A stretch of 64,000 bases of DNA. Source: Candidatus Mnemosynella biddleae (GTDB lineage: Archaea; Halobacteriota; Archaeoglobi; Mnemosynellales; Mnemosynellaceae). Below are positions 39,034 to 49,562 of the stretch, in pieces. Position numbers and translations under genes: made by a program. The notes beneath the pieces were generated by a model. It ran no database searches and was not told where the DNA came from. It was given only the letters and a program-made list of their open reading frames with translations. Each line of letters begins with the position of its first letter. Position 1 is the stretch's first letter. The stretch is taken from positions 159,970-223,969 of the forward strand of contig MTMI02000007.1 of the NCBI GenBank assembly GCA_002011165.2. Direction: 5' to 3'.

Positions 39034-40440
39034 TTACCTTCTCCCATATTTCCTGAACATGTAATAGAGACCTCCGAATATTGCAAAAATTATCAAGAGA
39101 CCGTAGAGTGCAGTATAAGAAGCCTCCTCTACTGTTATTCTGAAATCCTCTTCCTCTTCTAGCTGATCACTCTTAATCTTCACCGTAACCTTATAGTCGC
39201 TCGCCACAATATCGGCTGGAGGAATAAGAGAAATCTCAAATCTCACCTTCTTTCCAGGCTCGAGTTTGCTCTGAAGTTCAGGATAAATTCTAGCAGTCCA
39301 TCCTTCTGGAGCACTTACCTCTGGTTTTATGTTCGTGAGAGTCGTTCCCTTCCCAGAATTGATAACTGTGAGAATTATCTTTGCGGATTCTCCTTTTTTG
39401 ATCTTGTAGTTGTAGTAAGGAGAGTAGAGTGACATCTGGTAAATTCCGGTGAGCTTAACCGTAAGATTCAAAGAGCTCTCCGCAAAAGTAGATTGGGCAA
39501 TTGCTCTGAAGCTATATTCGCCAGTATCCACATCATAAGGTGTTATGAGCTCGAGGTAGAGTGTTCTTGTCTCTCCGGCGGGAATGTAGATCTCAGATAT
39601 CTCCGCTCCCTCCAAGCTCTCTTTGAATCTATAGTACCATTCTGGCGGAAGGTCTTCGACAGCAAGTCTATAGCTGTCATCTTCTTTCCCCAGATTCGAT
39701 ATCTCAAGTTCAAAAACCGGAGATTTACCGACATAGGAGACAAGATAGGGAATCTTACAGCTGAGGTCGACAAAGTAATCTCTCCTTTCTATTGTGACAG
39801 TCCCAAGATTCGTTGTCTTCCCTATTTTAATCTCGAAGTTTTTCGTCTTCTTTGTCTCATATCCTTTCTTGACAATCTCAGCCCAGTACTCTCCTTTTGG
39901 AAGCTCTATGTTTATTGTTCCATCTGAAGTGGTCATCACGGTGTCAATGAGTCCGGAGGAGTTGTAAATTCTTACTTCAGCTCCTTTTACGTTTTCTCCT
40001 TCTTTATCAACAACCTTCAGAGTCAGAGTTCCCATCTCGCCCTCATGAGTTTTCACTATCTTAACGTAGAGATCGAGGGTTTTTGTGCCCACAGAAATCG
40101 TCACGAGATACTCTCCTATCTCCGTATCTCCAGATGTTTCGATCACGACTGTAAATGATCCGCTTCCTCCACTTGGAATGAAGAGCTTGTAGATCTTCTT
40201 TCCTCCAGCCTCAAAATAAACATTCCATCCCTCAATTCTGCAATAGTGGTTTAACGTGAAAGTTCCGTCAACATCTCCATTGTTCCTCACGGTGACATCG
40301 AATTTCACAGTATCTCCAGCCTCAGCTATCTGACCTGGATAGTCGCTGTAGATTTCGAGCTCGCTCTGAGCAGAAACGGATGCAACGCTTAGTAGAAGTC
40401 CTAATATAAGAATAATAATAGAGAGAGTTTTCTTCATCAT
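39034..40440 (-). CDS. exported multi-domain surface protein with C-terminal TM anchor (COG1470 / CARDB-NEW3-like repeats plus a carboxypeptidase-regulatory-like domain)
   Basis: Signal peptide MMKKTLSIIILILGLLLSVASVSAQ. Repeated beta-sandwich modules (for example GDTVKFDVTVRNNG and GESAKIILTVINSG). C-terminal anchor LLIIFAIFGGLYYMFRKYGRR. Confidence 0.6.
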   Translation of the reverse strand: MMKKTLSIIILILGLLLSVASVSAQSELEIYSDYPGQIAEAGDTVKFDVTVRNNGDVDGTFTLNHYCRIEGWNVYFEAGGKKIYKLFIPSGGSGSFTVVIETSGDTEIGEYLVTISVGTKTLDLYVKIVKTHEGEMGTLTLKVVDKEGENVKGAEVRIYNSSGLIDTVMTTSDGTINIELPKGEYWAEIVKKGYETKKTKNFEIKIGKTTNLGTVTIERRDYFVDLSCKIPYLVSYVGKSPVFELEISNLGKEDDSYRLAVEDLPPEWYYRFKESLEGAEISEIYIPAGETRTLYLELITPYDVDTGEYSFRAIAQSTFAESSLNLTVKLTGIYQMSLYSPYYNYKIKKGESAKIILTVINSGKGTTLTNIKPEVSAPEGWTARIYPELQSKLEPGKKVRFEISLIPPADIVASDYKVTVKIKSDQLEEEEDFRITVEEASYTALYGLLIIFAIFGGLYYMFRKYGRR

Positions 40441-41498
40441 CTTACATCCATCCTCATGAATTTTATGTAAGCAACTCCGTAGGTCACAACGGGATAAACG
40501 ATCAAAGCAACGAGATTCTTCCATAGAGTCCAAAGTATCTCCAGAATTCCTTCTTTCTTCTCCACTTCACCGAAGGGAGAAGAAGTGTAGTAATATGGGC
40601 TGAGAGTTGCAGATGAAAGTCTTTGATAATTCGTTGAAGGATCGAGAAGATCGAAGATCTCCTGAACTCTCTCCCTCCTTTCCCAGTATTCCCTCATCTT
40701 CTTCTGATATTCTTGCATTTCTTCATCACTGATTTCTACAGGCTTCGGAATTATATCACTCTCAGAACTAGTACTCACAGTCTCAATTTCAACAACTTTA
40801 AACTTTGGAGGCTCTGGAGGCTCTCCAACGATCTTGTCGGTTATCTGCCAGCTGATCATGGGTATAAAAGCGGAAAGAGTGATAAAGAGCACGAGTGAGA
40901 GAATCAGAGCATTTGTGCTGTTTTTCATTATCACCGAGGCCATAAGAGAAATCGAAAAGAAAACGAAGAGGTAAAGAATCGAAAGAAGAGCATAGACGAA
41001 GATTCTGAATAGATCTTCGATTGTTGGGACAATACCGAAGATCAGGAGCACCGCAACGCTCAGTAGAATGATGATGAGGATGGCAAACGAAAGAGCCAAA
41101 AGTCCTCCAAGAGCCTTTCCATTTATAACATCATCTCTGAAGAGGGGATGAGATAAAAGAATCTTCAAAGATCCTCTCTCTCTTTCTCCAGAAATTAGAT
41201 CGAAACCCATCGCTATTGCTAAAATCACCCCAATCGTCATGATCTGAAAGCCCATTCTCGTGAAGATGAAGAGCGGTGATGGTTTTGAAGGAGTGTAGCC
41301 GGGAGGAACCCCCAATGCTCCACTCTCAATTGCACTGAGAGTCTCTTTATAGTTCTCAAGTTGCTCTTTGTAGTCCTGACCTCCCTCCATAAGCGAAATT
41401 CCAGATATCACGAGCATCGCAGCAAGAAGAATCAGAAATCTCTTACTCATTACGTGATCCAGAAATTCCTTTCTCGCAACATTAAGAACTGGATGCAT
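40437..41498 (-). CDS. ABC-2 type transporter permease (NosY/COG1277-like)
   Basis: 353 aa with 6 TM segments, a large extracytoplasmic loop and an acidic insertion. Overlaps both neighbours (ATGATGA at its 3' end). Confidence 0.65.
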   Translation of the reverse strand: MHPVLNVARKEFLDHVMSKRFLILLAAMLVISGISLMEGGQDYKEQLENYKETLSAIESGALGVPPGYTPSKPSPLFIFTRMGFQIMTIGVILAIAMGFDLISGERERGSLKILLSHPLFRDDVINGKALGGLLALSFAILIIILLSVAVLLIFGIVPTIEDLFRIFVYALLSILYLFVFFSISLMASVIMKNSTNALILSLVLFITLSAFIPMISWQITDKIVGEPPEPPKFKVVEIETVSTSSESDIIPKPVEISDEEMQEYQKKMREYWERRERVQEIFDLLDPSTNYQRLSSATLSPYYYTSSPFGEVEKKEGILEILWTLWKNLVALIVYPVVTYGVAYIKFMRMDVR

Positions 41499-42408
41499 CT
41501 TCTTCCACCTCGCTCTCGTAGATCACTTTCATAAAGAGTTCCTCAAGAGACGGCATCTCAAGTCTCAGTTCCCTGAGTCTTATCCGATTCTCAATGAAAA
41601 TCTCTGAGATGAACTCTCTTATATCAGATTTAGCCTCAATCACCGCTCTATCTCTATCATGCTCGATTTTAATGATATCATCATGATCAATTCTCAGAGT
41701 CCTCGGAAAAGGCTCAACAATTATTCTGTAGTGCTCTTCTCCCATCTGTCTCTGAATTTCTTCTGGAGTTCCAACAGCGAGAAGTCTTCCTTTAGAGATG
41801 ATTCCTATTCTTTTACAAACCTCTCTAACCTCTGAGAGAATGTGTGAAGAGAAAAATATTGTTTTCCCTTCTTTTTCAAGCTCTTTGATTATTCTCCTGA
41901 ATTCTAAAGTCCCTTGAGGGTCTATTCCACTCGTCGGTTCATCGAGGAGGAGAACTTCGGGATCATTCAGAAGAGCTTGAGCAAGAGCAAGTCTCTGGAT
42001 CATACCTCTCGAGTATTCCCCAACTTTTTTCCGAACATTTTCCAGTCCAACAATTTCGAGAACCTTCTCTATCCTTCTCCTCCTCTCTTCCTCGGTCATT
42101 CTATAGAATCTTGCAAAGTAATCCAGATTTCTTCTCGCATCGAGATGATCGTAAAAACCAGGACGCTCTGGAAGATATCCCGTGATTTTCTTCACTTCAA
42201 TAGGGTTTCTCGTAACTTCGAAATCCCCAATGTAGCACGTTCCACTCGTTGGTTCTATCATCGCTCCGAGCATGAGAATTGTGGTACTCTTTCCCGCTCC
42301 ATTCGGACCGAGAAATCCAAAAACTTCTCCTTTTTTCACTTCAAGATTCAGAGAATCAACCGCTCTAACTCCATCGTACTCTTTCGTGAGCTTTACGGTT
42401 TTTATCAT
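41482..42408 (-). CDS. ABC transporter ATP-binding protein (CcmA/NosF-like)
   Basis: Walker A GPNGAGKST, signature YSRGMIQRL, Walker B LLLDEPTSG. I place the start at the internal ATG (MIKTVKL). Confidence 0.88.
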   Translation of the reverse strand: MIKTVKLTKEYDGVRAVDSLNLEVKKGEVFGFLGPNGAGKSTTILMLGAMIEPTSGTCYIGDFEVTRNPIEVKKITGYLPERPGFYDHLDARRNLDYFARFYRMTEEERRRRIEKVLEIVGLENVRKKVGEYSRGMIQRLALAQALLNDPEVLLLDEPTSGIDPQGTLEFRRIIKELEKEGKTIFFSSHILSEVREVCKRIGIISKGRLLAVGTPEEIQRQMGEEHYRIIVEPFPRTLRIDHDDIIKIEHDRDRAVIEAKSDIREFISEIFIENRIRLRELRLEMPSLEELFMKVIYESEVEEDASSS

Positions 42409-42423
42409 CTTACTCGAGAAGTT

Positions 42424-42461
42424 TTCTAAGACTATATAAAAATTTTTTGATTTCTTTAGAA
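42424..42461. promoter_or_regulatory. inverted repeat TTCTAA-N26-TTAGAA bracketing a TATA-like box in the ABC / ArsR divergent intergenic region
   Basis: Read directly from the sequence. It encloses ACTATATAAAAA, which sits about 25-35 nt upstream of the ABC ATPase start on the minus strand. Candidate operator for the adjacent ArsR regulator. Confidence 0.25.
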
Positions 42462-42534
42462 TTTTATCTAACTTTCCCCCAATTTTCATCATCTGGTAAA
42501 ATTTAAAGCATCCTCAAGTTAAAAGGTGGGAGTA

Positions 42535-43050
42535 ATGGAAGTTGAAGGAGACGTCAGTGAGATCAAGGTTCTTACAAGTTACACGAGAATAGAGATATTG
42601 AAAAAACTCTCTGAAAGAAATTATACAGTCTCTGAGCTTTCAAGGATTCTTGAGTTATCGAAGCCCACAATTCTTCACCATATAAGAATTCTTGAAAATG
42701 CCGGATTTGTGCAGAGAGTGGACGACGAGAGAAAATGGGTCTACTACACATTGACGGAGAGAGGAAAAATAATCCTCAGACTCAGAAGAATAAAATTAGT
42801 TCTCTCTTTCCTACTCATCACTCTTCCAGTCGCTCTCATACTCTCTCTCCTCAGAACTTTGAAAGTTGCAGAAAAGACACCAAAGGCAGTTATGAAGATT
42901 CAGACAGAGACTTCGGTAACTCCGAAAGCTCTTGGAGGTGGGTTTGAGCTCTCTCTAGAGCTTATCCTTTTTCTCCTCCTCATCTTGGTAATACTGGTAT
43001 ATTTCCTCGTGAACAGGAAGATAAAAAAGTTTGAGACTCAGAAGATGTGA
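42535..43050 (+). CDS. membrane-tethered ArsR-family transcriptional regulator (wHTH plus 2 TM)
   Basis: The ArsR wHTH sequence is [42 protein letters not shown]. Two hydrophobic helices follow ([19 protein letters not shown] and [17 protein letters not shown]). AGGTGGGAG lies upstream of the ATG. Confidence 0.75.
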   Translation: MEVEGDVSEIKVLTSYTRIEILKKLSERNYTVSELSRILELSKPTILHHIRILENAGFVQRVDDERKWVYYTLTERGKIILRLRRIKLVLSFLLITLPVALILSLLRTLKVAEKTPKAVMKIQTETSVTPKALGGGFELSLELILFLLLILVILVYFLVNRKIKKFETQKM

Positions 43051-44058
43051 ATTGCAGAAGATTTGAACACAGCGTAAATTTCATCTCCCTCAGAGATTCC
43101 CAGTTCTAATAGCGAAGATCTTGTTATGATGGCTCTCAACTCAATTCCAGAGCTCTCAACTTCAACTTTCACAACAGACCCAAGATCTTCGATTGCAGTA
43201 ACCCTCATTTTGAGAACGTTTCTTGCAGAGCTCTCAAGAACTTTTTTCGAGAGGATTATATCTTCCGGTCTCAGGCCAATTCTTATTCTTCCTTTTGCCT
43301 CTTTCGGAAGTTCCAACTTAATTCCATTGACATAAAAAGTTCTCCCTCTTGCCTCTCCCTCGATAATATTCTCATAACCTAAAAACCTCGCAACGTCTTC
43401 GCTCTTTGGAGTGGAGAAGACCTCTCGAATTGCTCCAATTTGTTTGAGTTCTCCCTTCATCATCACTCCGACCCTGTCTCCAAGGCTCAAAGCCTCCTCA
43501 AAAGAGTGAGTTACGTGTATAGCAGTAAATTCAAGTTCTTTTTTCCATCTCTTCATTTCTCCTATGAGTTTCGAAGCCATCTGAATGTCTAGATTCGAGA
43601 ATGGTTCATCAAGTAGAAGAATTTTGGGTTTGATTGCAATAGCTCTTGCAATCGCAACTCTTTGTTGTTCTCCTCCGCTCAGAGTCTTTGGCTCTCTGTG
43701 CAGAAGACCTCCTATTCCAAGAACTTCTGCAAGTTCATATACTTCTCTCTTAATTTCCTCCTCTGAAAATTTCCTGAGCCTCATACCGTATGCAATGTTC
43801 TCGTAAACAGTAAGATGAGGGAAAAGTGCATAGTTTTGTGGAATATATGAGATCTCTCTTTTTTCGGGTGGAAGATCTGTTATTCTCTCCTCTTCAAGCC
43901 AGATATCTCCTTCTTCTGGCTTGAAGATTCCTGCAATAGTTTCGAGAAGCAGAGTTTTTCCAGCTCCACTTGGACCAAGAATTATAAAGTATTCTCCTTT
44001 TATCACTTCGAAACTCACATTATTTATTTCGAAGTCCTTCCATCTTCTTGAAACTCTC

Positions 44059-44087
<29 letters not shown>
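43038..44087 (-). CDS. wtpC: tungstate/molybdate ABC transporter ATP-binding protein with C-terminal TOBE domain
   Basis: Walker [34 protein letters not shown], and a TOBE-like tail. The start may be ATG at 44072. Confidence 0.85.
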
Positions 44088-45881
<1,794 letters not shown>

Positions 45882-45895
45882 TTAAACTATTGTGT

Positions 45896-46042
45896 TTAAT
45901 GAATCTTTATTCTATTTGAACATTCTGGACATATCCAAACAACACTTTCACCCTTTTTCTCCTTCCTTAAAATCCTCAATCTTCCCACCTCACTCTTGTC
46001 GAACTCTCTTCCACAGAGTCTGCACCTCTTCATCGAATTCAT
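45896..46042 (-). CDS. 4-Cys zinc-ribbon mini-protein (45-48 aa); not in the ORF track
   Basis: Hand translation gives MNSMKRCRLCGREFDKSEVGRLRILRKEKKGESVVWICPECSNRIKIH*. GGGAGGAG abuts the first ATG and is well spaced for the second ATG at 46033. Lies 31 nt downstream of the radical SAM gene on the same strand. Confidence 0.45.
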   Translation of the reverse strand: MNSMKRCRLCGREFDKSEVGRLRILRKEKKGESVVWICPECSNRIKIH

Positions 46043-46073
46043 CTCCTCCCAAAATCCAAAGACGAGAGATCAG

Positions 46074-46925
46074 TTAATAATTTCTTCTCTCCTCCTTTGA
46101 CCAACACTCATTTGGACATTTGGAACAAAAGCCTTTTCTCCAACATTCATTCCAACAAGGCACTCTGTGTTTATATGCGTTAGAACAGCAGGCAGATCTG
46201 AACACTATCAGATCTAACTCTTTTTTAGCGTAATCCTCTAAAATTTTCTTTCCCTGGAAGTAACTCTTCGTCAATCTCTCTATTCCGAGCTTCTTCTTTA
46301 CGTTTTTCGTCAATCTTAGGTTTCCAAGAATTATCCTATCTGTATATTCTGCAATTCTTTCCAGACCTCTTTTATAGAGCTCTTCATCAATCATCAGAAG
46401 TATAGGCCTGAGAAAAACCGCTCCATGGACCTCTTTGCAAAATTCAAGTCTTTCTGAAATGGAAGGTCTTTTCGGTTCAAACTTCTTGCATAGCTCATCT
46501 AGGGGCACACACATGGAGATTAAAGTATCAACTTTTTTGAGCTCTCTCACAAGAGTGTGGTTGACCTCTTTTGTTGAGAGCTGGACAGGATTTCTGAGCA
46601 GATAAATCTCCTTGAGAAGCTCTTTTGTGTATTCTGGAAAGTCAAGAGGCTCACAAACGGATCCAATCGCAATGAAACTCTCTTCTATTTTAAATCGGGG
46701 ATTAAGAAGAAGGGAATATACAAGAGCTTTTGGTGAGAGTTCCGCGGGTCTTGGTTTTGATTCAACATAACAGTAGAGACAGCTTCCAGAACATCCTCTG
46801 GCTACATGAATTGTAAATCCACAAGGTCTCGGAGCTCTTTTCGCATGCTCATCTATCTTAGCTTTTTCTATCTCCTTCTCACTCAGCTGACTCTCGTAGA
46901 ATCTCTTTAATTTTTTCTTTTCCAC
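46074..46925 (-). CDS. radical SAM protein with a Cys-rich C-terminal extension, function unknown
   Basis: CX3CX2C motif GCSGSCLYCY. The C-terminal cluster is CCSNAYKHRVPCWNECWRKGFCSKCPNECW. Confidence 0.7.
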   Translation of the reverse strand: MEKKKLKRFYESQLSEKEIEKAKIDEHAKRAPRPCGFTIHVARGCSGSCLYCYVESKPRPAELSPKALVYSLLLNPRFKIEESFIAIGSVCEPLDFPEYTKELLKEIYLLRNPVQLSTKEVNHTLVRELKKVDTLISMCVPLDELCKKFEPKRPSISERLEFCKEVHGAVFLRPILLMIDEELYKRGLERIAEYTDRIILGNLRLTKNVKKKLGIERLTKSYFQGKKILEDYAKKELDLIVFRSACCSNAYKHRVPCWNECWRKGFCSKCPNECWSKEERRNY

Positions 46926-46962
46926 AAAAATTCTTAATAGTTCTTCTCACTTAGAACTTTTT

Positions 46963-47448
46963 ATGCGCTCTATAGAGCTCCCAGGTGTGGGGTCTAAATA
47001 CGAAATAGAAACTTCTAATGGGGATCGAATTGCAGTTGTTTTTCTGCATAGTGGTAAAATTCAGCTGTATATTCTTGAAAGAGGAAAGGCGGAACCTTCG
47101 GAAGTGGATCTCACTCCCTCTGAGGCGAGAAGAGTCGGAAGTATACTTATTGGGAGTATTTTCGAGTCGGAAAAGGAGATAGTTGAGGTTGCCTTCTCCG
47201 CTCTTTACGATCTAAGAATTGCAATTCACACTTATAGAATTCCTGAGAGGCTCAGTAATAAGAGTATAAAGGAGTTGGGGATAAGAGAGAGATCTGGAGC
47301 AACAGTAATAGCAGTATCGAGAAAGGGCAAGAATTTTGTAAATCCTCCTCCAGATTTTATATTCGAAAAGGATGATATGATAGTGCTCATAGGTGAATCA
47401 CATCAAATAGAACTCTTTGAAAAGGAAATTCTGGGTCAAGTGAGTTGA
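46963..47448 (+). CDS. TrkA-C (RCK_C) domain regulatory protein of a CPA2 antiporter (KhtT-like)
   Basis: 161 aa. N-terminus ELPGVGSKYEIET..G..IAVV, and a C-terminal RCK_C region (LGIRERSGATVIAVSRKG...DDMIVLIG). Lies 1 nt upstream of the antiporter gene. Confidence 0.7.
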   Translation: MRSIELPGVGSKYEIETSNGDRIAVVFLHSGKIQLYILERGKAEPSEVDLTPSEARRVGSILIGSIFESEKEIVEVAFSALYDLRIAIHTYRIPERLSNKSIKELGIRERSGATVIAVSRKGKNFVNPPPDFIFEKDDMIVLIGESHQIELFEKEILGQVS

Positions 47449-47449
47449 A

Positions 47450-48544
47450 ATGCAATTCATAATCGCTCTTTTTCTCTGCGGTCTCGGAGCTCTTCTGGCA
47501 AGAAAATTCTCACTTCCTGTAATCCCCATGTATCTTCTTCTTGGATTCCTTCTCGGAACTGGAGGCATCGGGCTTTTTGAGGCAAAGGAAATTTCAAAAG
47601 TTCTTGGAGAAATAGGAGTTGTTCTTCTACTATTTTACATCGGTTTGGAGATAAGAAAGGAGAGCATTTTAAAAGAGAGGGAAAAGATTCTCTTTTCAGG
47701 CATCATTGATATCTCAGTTAATTTCAGCTTCGGTTTTCTAGTTTCTCTCTTTCTTGGTTTTGATCTGCTCGAATCCTTTGTAATCGCTTCTGCACTATAT
47801 CTTAGCAGTTCTGCAATAGTTCTTCATTCTCTTGTTGAAAATCGGAAGCTTGTGTTCTCAGAGGCAGAGACAATCATCTGGATGATGGTTTTTGAAGATC
47901 TTGCCCTCATCCCGATCTTGGCAGTTCTCTCGAAAGATAAAGGACTTGTATTGCTTGTAAAAATTCTTCTTCTCCTTTTCCTCATTCTTATTGCTTCGAA
48001 AATCATTGATAGAAGCTCATCAAAAATCAGAGAAGTCTTCAGGAGAGATGACGAAATTCCTTTCCTTCTTGGATTCTCGATTTCAACTATCGCAGTGCCT
48101 CTTCAAAAAATTTCCGGAATTTCAGAAGCTCTAATTGCAATCTCTCTTGGAACAGCATTCTCAGAAATAAGGGAACTTGAAAGAATTGTTAGACCACTTA
48201 AAGAGATTTTTCTGGCAATTTTCTTTTTCTTCTTTGCCGCTTCAATCGAAATTTCTGAAAATTTAAACTTTTTCCACTTTTTAGCGCTTTTATTTATCGC
48301 CATTGTATCCAAAATTCTCTCTGGAGTAATCATAGGGTTAAAACTTCATCACTCTGTTTCCTCAGGTCTCGATATTGGGCTTACCACTATTCCGAGAGGA
48401 GAATTCTCAATACTTATAATCTCTCTTTTCGCTTCAAATGGGTTAATATCTCTAATAACCTTTGTTGTACTCGTAACCTCTCTTATCGGCTCTCTCAGCG
48501 CCAAAATATCTCAAAAGAGCATAACTTTCTTAAATATATCTTAA
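47450..48544 (+). CDS. monovalent cation:proton antiporter-2 (CPA2, KefB/KhtU-like) membrane protein
   Basis: 364 aa with about 11 TM segments, including a GEIGVVLLLFYIGLE motif typical of the Na_H_Exchanger family. Confidence 0.8.
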   Translation: MQFIIALFLCGLGALLARKFSLPVIPMYLLLGFLLGTGGIGLFEAKEISKVLGEIGVVLLLFYIGLEIRKESILKEREKILFSGIIDISVNFSFGFLVSLFLGFDLLESFVIASALYLSSSAIVLHSLVENRKLVFSEAETIIWMMVFEDLALIPILAVLSKDKGLVLLVKILLLLFLILIASKIIDRSSSKIREVFRRDDEIPFLLGFSISTIAVPLQKISGISEALIAISLGTAFSEIRELERIVRPLKEIFLAIFFFFFAASIEISENLNFFHFLALLFIAIVSKILSGVIIGLKLHHSVSSGLDIGLTTIPRGEFSILIISLFASNGLISLITFVVLVTSLIGSLSAKISQKSITFLNIS

Positions 48545-49458
48545 AACAACTCAACCTTAATCTTCACCCTCGGACAGAGTTCACATAATCCTCTCAGAGG
48601 CTCCCCGTGATTTATCTTGTCGATGAGGAGCTCCAGTTTTGCTTTGAGATTATGGTAAATCTCATCTCTTTCCGCTTCCAGATCAATCAACTCTTCATAA
48701 GCTCTTCTGATCTCATCGTTCGTGATTATGGAGTTCATGGCATCTTCGAGTCTCTTCATGGAAGCTCTTGCAGATGAAAGAGAGAGCTTTGTCGTCTTAT
48801 CTCTGAGATATTCTCCATCGATAAAGAGCTCCACACGACTGTCAAGACCGATCCATCTTCCTCTGAGATGATCCAAAATGATTCGAATGGCATTCCAGCT
48901 CATAATCTTTTCGTTCAACTCTCTTTGTTTGAGCTCTTCTTTCAGGAGTTCGATAAAATCATCCTCTTTTCTCCTCAATTCCTCCTCCAGAGATTCGAAC
49001 TCCATGAGAAGATCATAGATTGCATGATATTCCTTCAGGTGTTCAAGAAAATTTTCATTGAGCTTCAGATTTATCTTTCTGATCGCTCTGCGTGAGTCAG
49101 AAGATCTTTCCGCTTCTCTAAGAACTTTTTTGACCTCCTCTGCAAGAATACTAGAATGCTTCATCCTTATCTTGTATTCCTCTCTCGTCCTGAATTCTTG
49201 AATCTCTTTCCTGCAGATCAAACGGTATTTCTCTCCATCCTTGTAAATCACGCCCGATTCTTCGAGAATTCTGAGAATATCGTAGAGTGTTGTGTGCGGA
49301 ATTCCCCTTTCATTGAGCCTATCATCGAGCTCCGCTGGATCAAGCCCATCGTGAAGTCTTCTGAGGATCTCGGGAAGATATTTCCTGATCCCTCTTATTC
49401 CTTTCATAGGACAAAATATTCTTCTATGTCCGATTTTTATATAGTTTTCGATAATCAA
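48541..49458 (-). CDS. hypothetical protein: N-terminal winged-helix-like segment plus a long coiled coil and a C-terminal CxxC
   Basis: The wHTH-like segment is HTTLYDILRILEESGVIYKDGEKYRL. Heptad-rich E/K/L sequence follows, and the protein ends in LCELCP. The start is uncertain (TTG 49458 or ATG 49407). No family recognised. Confidence 0.45.
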   Translation of the reverse strand: MIIENYIKIGHRRIFCPMKGIRGIRKYLPEILRRLHDGLDPAELDDRLNERGIPHTTLYDILRILEESGVIYKDGEKYRLICRKEIQEFRTREEYKIRMKHSSILAEEVKKVLREAERSSDSRRAIRKINLKLNENFLEHLKEYHAIYDLLMEFESLEEELRRKEDDFIELLKEELKQRELNEKIMSWNAIRIILDHLRGRWIGLDSRVELFIDGEYLRDKTTKLSLSSARASMKRLEDAMNSIITNDEIRRAYEELIDLEAERDEIYHNLKAKLELLIDKINHGEPLRGLCELCPRVKIKVELF

Positions 49459-49562
49459 AGATTTCGAAGATGAGAAGCTCCGATATTAGAGGCTGTGACT
49501 ATTTCCGAAGTTTTTCAGAGATTCTTTAAAATTAAATAACAGAGTCCTCCAAAATTCCAAAA

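Noticed and set aside
45892-46077. 61-aa plus-strand ORF in the gap between wtpA and the radical SAM gene.
   Set aside because: It is Ser/Pro-rich with no motif. The minus strand encodes a four-Cys zinc-ribbon peptide with a strong ribosome-binding sequence, in the same orientation as all its neighbours.
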